Notes under the pieces: generated by a model | Told to the model about the DNA's origin: nothing | What the model saw: only the letters and a program-made list of their open reading frames with translations | Database searches by the model: none | Made by a program: the position numbers and the translations under genes | Shown here: positions 7,514-13,162 of the stretch, in pieces | Layout of the letters: every line of letters begins with the position of its first letter | Numbering within the stretch: the stretch's first letter is position 1 | Assembly (NCBI GenBank): GCA_038231275.1 | Contig: JBBRLQ010000065.1 | Span: 1-13,162 of the forward strand | DNA length: 13,162 nt | Direction of reading: 5' to 3' | Origin: Polyangiales bacterium | GTDB lineage: Bacteria; Myxococcota_A; Polyangia; Polyangiales; Polyangiaceae

Positions 7514-8962
7514 TCAGGCGGGCTGCGCGTCCGTCGGCGGCGCGCCGTTCGGGTCGTTGGGGTCGGGCGCGTTCGGGTCGGCGGGCGGCGCCGCGCCGGG
7601 CATCACGACGAGGTCGGTGCTTTCGTCGTCGTCGATCGGCTCGCCGTCGTCGGTCGCGTCGCCGGGCACCGGGTCGGGCACGCCGAGGGCGTTGCGGTAC
7701 TCGCGCTGCGTGACGTGGCCGCCGTGCTCGAGGAACGAGCCGAACACCCGCGACTGCTTCTCGGTGTCGGGTGGCTCCTCGATCTGCGGCACCCACTCGG
7801 GCACCCAGCGGCGCGCGCTCTCGCCGAACGTGAGCACGACGAGCGGCGTGAGCAGGTCGCGCTTGAGCGTCGACGCGCAGCTCGCCGCGTCCATGCGCGT
7901 GTAGATCGTCTGGTCCTTCTTCTGCGTGTCGCCGAGGCTGCGCGCGCCCTTCTGCCCGCTCTCGGTCGAGAGGTCGCCGCCCAGGGCGGCCTTGCTCATC
8001 TCGGCGTTGCACAGGCGCACGAGGCGCTCGCTGATGGTGTTCTCCGAGCCCGCGTCGGTGACGTCGATGCTCGTCGTGTCCGGGATCGACACGGCCATCG
8101 CGCTCGAGAGCACGCGCAGCGCGCGGTCGAGCACGGCCTTGTCCTCCGGGTTGGGCTGCGAGGGCCGGTCCTTCGTCGTGCCGCTCGAGTACGTGCCGAT
8201 GCGCAGGCCGCGCGACGCCCACTCGCACAGGCCGAGGAACTCGCGCAGGCCGAACTTCTTGAAGCACGCGAACCAGACCAGCACGCGGCCGAGGCCGTTC
8301 TTGGTCGGGTACGCGCCCGGCACGGTGCGCGGGCGGTGGACGATGAACTTGCCGACGGGGAAGTCGCCGAGCGCGACGCCCGGGTACTCCTGGAACGGCG
8401 ACTCGCCGGCGCGCCCGTCGCTCGAGAGCGCGCCCCCGGCCGCGTCCCAGATGCGCAGGCGCCAGTCGACGGGCATCGCGAGCCGGCGCGGGTGCACCGG
8501 GACGAACGCGGCGGGGTACCACCAGCGGCCGTCCTGCGCCCAGCGCGTCTCGACGACGGCGCGGCCGTAGTAGACGCCCGCCTGCAGCTCGGCGAGCAGG
8601 TCCACGAAGTCGATCGCGAGGTCGCAGTCGCCCTGGACCGAGCGGAGCACCTCGGTGCAGTACGCCGCGATGGAATCGCCGCGCTTGCCCGCGCCCGGCG
8701 GCGGCCGCAGCTCCCACGCGGCGGCGGCGACGGCGGACTCGCGCTTGGAGAGCACCGTCTGCAGGTGCGTGTCGGTGCCGCGGACCTCGCCGAGCAGGTC
8801 GGCGAGCGCGTCGAAGTACCCCTGGTCGGCGCGCGTGAGGCAGGCCGAGATGTAGCCGGGGTCGAGACGCGAGCCGACGACGCGCTGGAAGCGATCGGCG
8901 AACGGCGCCTGCGTCACGCCCTCGGCGAGCGCGCCCGTGGTCCCGGTGGTGTCGGTGATCAC
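7514..8962 (-). CDS. Portal protein (Mu gp29/DUF935-like), 482 aa
   Basis: DTHLQTVLSKRESAV, YGRAVVETRW, KFIVH, GLGR...W...FK and EMSKAALG..L.TE motifs. Follows TerL. Acidic/Pro-rich C-terminal tail. Confidence 0.92.
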   Translation of the reverse strand: MITDTTGTTGALAEGVTQAPFADRFQRVVGSRLDPGYISACLTRADQGYFDALADLLGEVRGTDTHLQTVLSKRESAVAAAAWELRPPPGAGKRGDSIAAYCTEVLRSVQGDCDLAIDFVDLLAELQAGVYYGRAVVETRWAQDGRWWYPAAFVPVHPRRLAMPVDWRLRIWDAAGGALSSDGRAGESPFQEYPGVALGDFPVGKFIVHRPRTVPGAYPTKNGLGRVLVWFACFKKFGLREFLGLCEWASRGLRIGTYSSGTTKDRPSQPNPEDKAVLDRALRVLSSAMAVSIPDTTSIDVTDAGSENTISERLVRLCNAEMSKAALGGDLSTESGQKGARSLGDTQKKDQTIYTRMDAASCASTLKRDLLTPLVVLTFGESARRWVPEWVPQIEEPPDTEKQSRVFGSFLEHGGHVTQREYRNALGVPDPVPGDATDDGEPIDDDESTDLVVMPGAAPPADPNAPDPNDPNGAPPTDAQPA

Positions 8963-8975
8963 GGGTGCGGGGTGC

Positions 8976-10577
8976 TCAGTACGAGAAGCGCGGCGGCACG
9001 GGGATCGGGGCGTCGTCGCGCGCGCCGGCGGGCGGCGCGTGCGCCGCGGCCCAGAGCGCGAGCACGAACGCCGACACGAGGTCGCCGTGCGAGCCGTCCG
9101 CCTTCTTCGGCGAGGTGATGGTCAGGCCGCCGCCGGGCTGCGGTTTGCTCACGACGTCGCGCAACTGGCGCTCGAAGCGCGGGTGCCGGGGCAGATCGAC
9201 GCGGCCCTCGTGCAGCGTCTTGCGCGCGAAGATGTAGCTCTCGACCTTGTTCGGGTCGTGCGCCGCGTCGAGCGCGTACCGCGCGAGCTCGAGCGCGACG
9301 TCGGCGCGCTCGTGCGAGTCGACCGTCAGCGCCGCGACGCCGAACGACACGATCACGGGGGCGAAGTGGTCGACGACGGCGGAGGGCTTGAGCGCGAGGC
9401 CGGGCGTCGGCTTGATCTCCTCGAGCGCGGCGAGGCGGAACCGCCCGTCGCGCGCCTCCACGACCGCGAGCGCGGAGCTGTTGCGCTTGAACGCGCAGTC
9501 GCCGCCGGCGCCGTACAGGGCGCGCGGGTCGCGCTCGAGCCGCTGCGGCTGGTGCTCTTTGACCGCGGCCTTGACCGCCTCGGGCGAGAAGAAGAGCTGC
9601 GAGCCGGCCGCGAGCGGGATCGCGTCGATCTCGCGCTCCGCGGCGTCGCGGTCCTGCGCGCGCAGGTCGTCCTCGATCGCGTGGTCGGGGTCCCAGTTCG
9701 GGTTCAGGGCCCGCGTGCCGGCCGTGACGCAGAGCGCGTGCACGTGCGTGCCGAAGTCGCGGCCGAGGAACTCCTCGAGGATGCCGACGCCGGCGAGCCA
9801 CGGCGTCGACGCGAGCCACGCCTGCGCGCCCGGCACCAGGCGCTGCAGCACGGCGCGGTACAGCTCCGCGTCGTTGACGACGCCCGTGGCCTCGTCGCGG
9901 AAGAACGCGACCTCGTCGAAGCCCGCGAAGAGCAGCGTCTTGGCGCGGAACGCCGCGCCGCCGCGCCCCGCCGCGAAGGCCTCGATGCGGACCCGCACGC
10001 CGTCGGGGCGCGCGAGCTCGATGTGGTCGGACGAGCCGCCGACGACGGCGCGCGACAGGACGGGCGAGGCGTCGACGTAGCCGCGGCAGAAGCTGAGCGT
10101 CTGCCGCGCGAGCTTGCGGCTCGGCGCGCCGATCGTGGCGTACGCGGCCTCGCCCTTGCCGAGCAGGGGGACCGGGACCGTCCAGGCCGCGTGCAGCGCC
10201 TTGGGCGCCAATAGTCGCGAGGTCTTGCCGCCCCGACCGCCGGCCCGGACCGCGACGGTGCGCGGCGGGGCGGGCGGCAGCTCCGCGAGCGGGCAGCCGA
10301 AGTGCGCGGCGGCCGTCGCGTCGTCGATCGTGTCGGGCCGCCGCCCCTCGCTCGCGTCCATCACTGCCGCGATCAGCGGCGAGAGGTCGGCCAGCCCGCA
10401 GAACGCGGGCGACGCGGCGAACTCGCGGAAGCTACGCGGCGGGGTCGCCGCGAGCAACTTCGCCCGCGTCTCCGCCAGGAACAGGACTTCCGCCCGCTGG
10501 TCGGGGCGCAGCCGGCTGAACGCCGCCGGCGAGAAGCTCGGCGAGACGCTCCTCGATGGCCCCGAGGTTGGTGACAT
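8976..10577 (-). CDS. terL: Terminase large subunit, about 533 aa (start uncertain)
   Basis: Walker A AGGRGGKT, Walker B FAGFDE, motif III ASTP, then RNase H-like nuclease motifs GGD, TVDS and HGDLVSA. Lies upstream of the portal. Confidence 0.92.
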   Translation of the reverse strand: MSPTSGPSRSVSPSFSPAAFSRLRPDQRAEVLFLAETRAKLLAATPPRSFREFAASPAFCGLADLSPLIAAVMDASEGRRPDTIDDATAAAHFGCPLAELPPAPPRTVAVRAGGRGGKTSRLLAPKALHAAWTVPVPLLGKGEAAYATIGAPSRKLARQTLSFCRGYVDASPVLSRAVVGGSSDHIELARPDGVRVRIEAFAAGRGGAAFRAKTLLFAGFDEVAFFRDEATGVVNDAELYRAVLQRLVPGAQAWLASTPWLAGVGILEEFLGRDFGTHVHALCVTAGTRALNPNWDPDHAIEDDLRAQDRDAAEREIDAIPLAAGSQLFFSPEAVKAAVKEHQPQRLERDPRALYGAGGDCAFKRNSSALAVVEARDGRFRLAALEEIKPTPGLALKPSAVVDHFAPVIVSFGVAALTVDSHERADVALELARYALDAAHDPNKVESYIFARKTLHEGRVDLPRHPRFERQLRDVVSKPQPGGGLTITSPKKADGSHGDLVSAFVLALWAAAHAPPAGARDDAPIPVPPRFSY

Positions 10578-11040
10578 CAACGTTGGTGAACGCGCGGACG
10601 TCGTGCTTCGCCGCGGGGAGGGTGCCGGCGATGCGGCCGCGCAGCAGCTCGATCTCGACGCGGGTCTTCTCGCGGGTCAGCCGCGCCTGGCTGCGACGCC
10701 CCGTCCGCTCGTCGAGCGCGAGCAGCGCGTCGGTGGCGCGCGCGATCGCGTTGACCACGGCGCCGTACTCGCGGCCGTCGGCGGCCTTCTCGAGGCGCGG
10801 CAGCGCGTGCTCGAGCGCGGTGGCGAGGCATCGGCGACCGATGCGGATGCCTCGCCCGATCGCGCGCGCGTGGAGCTGAACTCTGTTGAACCTCGACGCC
10901 CCGCCGCGAAGGATCGCCCGGCGCGCGGCCTGGGGCGTCGCGCCAATGGCGCGTGCAGCGTCGGAGTAGCTACCGGTGCGTTCGAAGACCTCGGCGGCCG
11001 TCGCGATCTGCGCCGGGGTGAGGGGTACGCCGCGAGCCAT
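10432..11040 (-). CDS. Putative terminase small subunit, 202 aa
   Basis: N-terminal HTH (GSYSDAARAIGATPQAARR), helical middle and EKTRVEIELLR oligomerisation-like helix. Directly upstream of and overlapping terL. Confidence 0.7.
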   Translation of the reverse strand: MARGVPLTPAQIATAAEVFERTGSYSDAARAIGATPQAARRAILRGGASRFNRVQLHARAIGRGIRIGRRCLATALEHALPRLEKAADGREYGAVVNAIARATDALLALDERTGRRSQARLTREKTRVEIELLRGRIAGTLPAAKHDVRAFTNVDVTNLGAIEERLAELLAGGVQPAAPRPAGGSPVPGGDAGEVARGDPAA

Positions 11041-11047
11041 GATCGTC

Positions 11048-11129
11048 TGACACCGGTCCGAATCTGGAATCTGCGCGGGGCGTCGTGTCCCAACTCGGGG
11101 CTTGACACCAGGTCTGGAAACCCTCCAGA
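11048..11129. promoter_or_regulatory. Candidate late-promoter/operator or packaging-signal region with direct and inverted repeats
   Basis: Lower-GC intergenic gap. TGACACC at 11048-11054 and 11103-11109; TCTGGAA at 11063-11069 and 11113-11119; inverted repeat TCTGGA-N5-TCCAGA at 11113-11129. Function is inferred from position. Confidence 0.45.
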
Positions 11130-11162
11130 TCGCTCGCGCGCAGGCGGGACGTCGCTCGCGGG

Positions 11163-11378
11163 CTACGCCGCCACGGCGACGATGCCCGCGGCGCGGCGCC
11201 AGTCCGCGACGTCGAGCAGGTAGCGCGCGCGGGGCGGCGCGGTCCCGGTCGCGGCGATCGTCTCGCGCACGACGCGCACGGCGCCGGTGCGGTGCCAGCG
11301 CGCGAGTCGCTTCTGGATCGCGCGCAGCGTCAGCGGGTAGCCGACCTGCGCGCGGTACTCGTCCGCGGTCCAGTACAT
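11163..11378 (-). CDS. Small basic protein, putative winged-helix DNA-binding protein, 71 aa
   Basis: MYWTADEYRAQVGYPLTLRAIQKRLARWHRTG followed by a beta-hairpin (VRVVR...RYLLD) and a helix. High GC3, intergenic gaps on both sides, no clear RBS. Confidence 0.6.
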   Translation of the reverse strand: MYWTADEYRAQVGYPLTLRAIQKRLARWHRTGAVRVVRETIAATGTAPPRARYLLDVADWRRAAGIVAVAA

Positions 11379-11476
11379 CGGGGTGCGGAAGCGGCTGGCG
11401 CGGCGTGCTGCGGACGCACGTATCGCGCTGTTAGCCAGTCCGGGTGTTCGCAGGGTGGCGCGATTCGGCGCACTGG

Positions 11477-12196
11477 TCAAGTCACCCCCGGGATGCCCCA
11501 TTCCGTCGCCGCCGCGAGCACCAGGGTGCGGCCCAGGTGGTGCGCCCCGTCGCGGCGGGCGGTGAGATCGCGCGCCCAGCACTCGGCCTGCGCGGCGTCG
11601 GCGAACGCGCTCCCGACGTCGACGAACAGCCCGCGGAGCGTGAGGTACACGGCGTGGTCGCGCAGCCAGCGGCACACCGCGCGCGCGTCCTCGGGCATCT
11701 CGCGCAGCCGCGCGAGCACGTCGGACGCCTTCGCCGCGCGCTCGTCGCAGAAGCCCCCGGGCGGCGCGGCGAGCGCGGCCGGTGTCCCGCCCCAGCCGCT
11801 CATCGGGTCGCGGATGCGGACCGACGGCACAGCGGTGACGGGCGGCGGGGGCGGGCGCAGCGGGTCGATGCAGTCGGGGCGCAGCGCGTAGAGCAGCGTG
11901 CGCACGCGCGCCTCCTCGCGGTTCTCGGCCGAGAGCACCGTGCGCCCGCGGCGCGGCGCGGTGTCGGGCGGCGCGCTCGGCTCGGCGCGGAACACGCGTG
12001 ACGCGGGCGGCGCTTCCGGCGGCTCGACGTAGCGCACCACGACGCGCGCGACGACGGGCGGCGCCAGCACGATCACCGGCGGTGCGGGCGCGCGGACCCA
12101 CGCGAGGCACAGCGCACACTCGACCTCGGCGCCGTCGCGGGCGCGCGAGGTGTCGAGCGCCGTGAAGCAGGGGCACGTCTGCGGGTCGATGGTCAT
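11477..12196 (-). CDS. Hypothetical protein with N-terminal CPC...CALC motif, Pro-rich linker and helical C-domain, 239 aa
   Basis: ATG at 12196 overlaps the upstream stop (ATGA) and has a GGAAGGA-type RBS. Sequence starts MTIDPQTCPCF...ECALC. Confidence 0.7.
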   Translation of the reverse strand: MTIDPQTCPCFTALDTSRARDGAEVECALCLAWVRAPAPPVIVLAPPVVARVVVRYVEPPEAPPASRVFRAEPSAPPDTAPRRGRTVLSAENREEARVRTLLYALRPDCIDPLRPPPPPVTAVPSVRIRDPMSGWGGTPAALAAPPGGFCDERAAKASDVLARLREMPEDARAVCRWLRDHAVYLTLRGLFVDVGSAFADAAQAECWARDLTARRDGAHHLGRTLVLAAATEWGIPGVT

Positions 12197-12918
12197 CGCG
12201 TCGTTCCTTCCCCCGCGAGCGCGGGACAGAGCAGCACGACGGCGCGCTCGTCGTCGTCGGCGAGCCCCTGAAGCGCGTATCCGATGCCGACGAGCGCGCG
12301 CCGCGTGGCGTCGAGCTCCTCGGCGAGCGTCGCGTGCGCGTCCCACCGCGCGCGCGCGGTCACCGACGCCCCGAGCGGTGGGAGGTCTTCGAACCGCGGG
12401 TCGTCCGGCATCGCGAGGCGCCACACGATGACGTGGCGCCCCACGAACGCCTCCCGCGCGATGGCCTCCGCCGCCAGCACGCCCGCGGCATCGCTGGCGA
12501 ACGCGACGGCGTCGGCGACCGTCGCGGGGTACGACCGGTCGACCGGCTCGATGGTCGCCCCCGGCGGCGCGCTCCACTTACCGCGTCCGCCCACGCTGGT
12601 GTACGTCACCGCGGACAGCACGCCGCTCGTGATGGTGCTGGTGACGCGCACCGCGAGCGGGTCCACGAACCGCCGCCGCGGGTCGTCGCACCACCCCGCG
12701 AGGTCGAGCCGCGTGCAGAGTGCCTCCCACGCCTCGCGCGGGTCGGTGATCGCGAGCGGCGCCGCTCGGTCGCCCGGTGTCCTGAGCGCGATGACCAGCC
12801 GCGCGTAGTCGCCATACTCGTCGTGCCATCTGTTGACAGCATCGAGCGGCCACCCGCTCACGCACGCGAGCGCCTCCGCGAGCCGCGGGCGCTGCGGGGT
12901 CTGTGGGTCGGTCTTCAC
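12193..12918 (-). CDS. Hypothetical protein, 241 aa
   Basis: GTG at 12918 with GGAGGA at 12927-12932. It is the protein-like C-terminal part of track ORF 12193..13104 and is coupled at both ends. Confidence 0.75.
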   Translation of the reverse strand: MKTDPQTPQRPRLAEALACVSGWPLDAVNRWHDEYGDYARLVIALRTPGDRAAPLAITDPREAWEALCTRLDLAGWCDDPRRRFVDPLAVRVTSTITSGVLSAVTYTSVGGRGKWSAPPGATIEPVDRSYPATVADAVAFASDAAGVLAAEAIAREAFVGRHVIVWRLAMPDDPRFEDLPPLGASVTARARWDAHATLAEELDATRRALVGIGYALQGLADDDERAVVLLCPALAGEGTTR

Positions 12919-13037
12919 GACGCGAATCCTCCGGGCGGCAGCGGGCAGAGCGGTCTCACGGTGTCGGTGTTGACGGCGCCCAGCGCGTACCCCGTGGCGT
13001 AGAACGCCTCGGCGAGCACGCGCGCCGCACCGCTCAC
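12915..13037 (-). CDS. Small hypothetical protein, 40 aa (MSGAARVLAEAFYATGYALGAVNTDTVRPLCPLPPGGFAS)
   Basis: Not in the ORF track. GTGA overlaps at both ends (13034-13037 and 12915-12918); mostly G/C third positions. Confidence 0.55.
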   Translation of the reverse strand: MSGAARVLAEAFYATGYALGAVNTDTVRPLCPLPPGGFAS

Positions 13038-13162
13038 CGCGCACCGCCCGGCGCGCACTCGGCCCACGGCCGCAGCCGCGTCGCGGTCGGGTCGCTGTAC
13101 GCACCCTGCATGTCGTCCGCGGCGAGCAGCAGCTCCACGAGCGACTGCGCCGCGGCGAGGTC
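13034..13162 (-). CDS. 3' end of a hypothetical gene truncated by the window edge
   Basis: Open frame DLAAAQSLVELLLAADDMQGAYSDPTATRLRPWAECAPGGAR* with near-complete GC3. Its stop overlaps the next GTG. Confidence 0.6.
   Translation of the reverse strand, partial: DLAAAQSLVELLLAADDMQGAYSDPTATRLRPWAECAPGGAR

Larger units (their letters stand above)
2..13162 (-). mobile_element. Phage/prophage late region: Mu-like head-neck-contractile tail module (element ends not in window)
   Basis: Co-oriented genes in the order TerS-TerL-portal-protease/scaffold-decoration-capsid-neck-sheath-tube, many joined by TGATG, ATGA or GTGA stop/start overlaps. Confidence 0.95.

Noticed and set aside
11102..11131. 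Perfect TTGACA as a plus-strand sigma70 -35 box
   Set aside because: No convincing -10 at 16-18 nt, it points antisense to the operon, and it is better explained as part of the TGACACC repeat.
550..11223. Long plus-strand ORFs (e.g. 550..2157, 5191..6930, 7271..9118, 8937..10214, 10114..11223)
   Set aside because: Antisense shadows of high-GC3 minus-strand genes; low-complexity translations with no motifs.
1..13162. Stop-codon recoding, CRISPR array, DGR repeats, introns/inteins, tRNA
   Set aside because: Core genes are intact and of normal length under the standard code, with TGA and TAG acting as stops. I saw no spaced repeats, long duplicated segments, large insertions or cloverleaf motifs by eye.

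Overview
The whole window is a very GC-rich, tightly packed minus-strand operon from a tailed phage or prophage with a contractile tail (myovirus). In transcription order (right to left) it contains four hypothetical genes (one with a Cys4 zinc-ribbon-like N-terminus), a small putative DNA-binding protein, terminase small and large subunits, and a Mu gp29-like (DUF935) portal. Next come a Mu gpI-like protease with a nested gpZ-like scaffold, a tandem-domain decoration protein, the major capsid protein, neck/completion genes (gp36-like, HK97 gp10-like, gp37-like, gp38-like), a Mu gpL-like tail sheath and the tail tube. The structural module is Mu-like but mosaic: the terminase pair does not look like Mu gp27/gp28, gpF is absent from its usual slot, and no lysis or C/Mor gene precedes the terminase. 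All family calls come from motif recognition and gene order, not database searches. The long plus-strand ORFs are GC shadow frames. I saw no RNA genes, CRISPR array, transposase, integrase or defence system.
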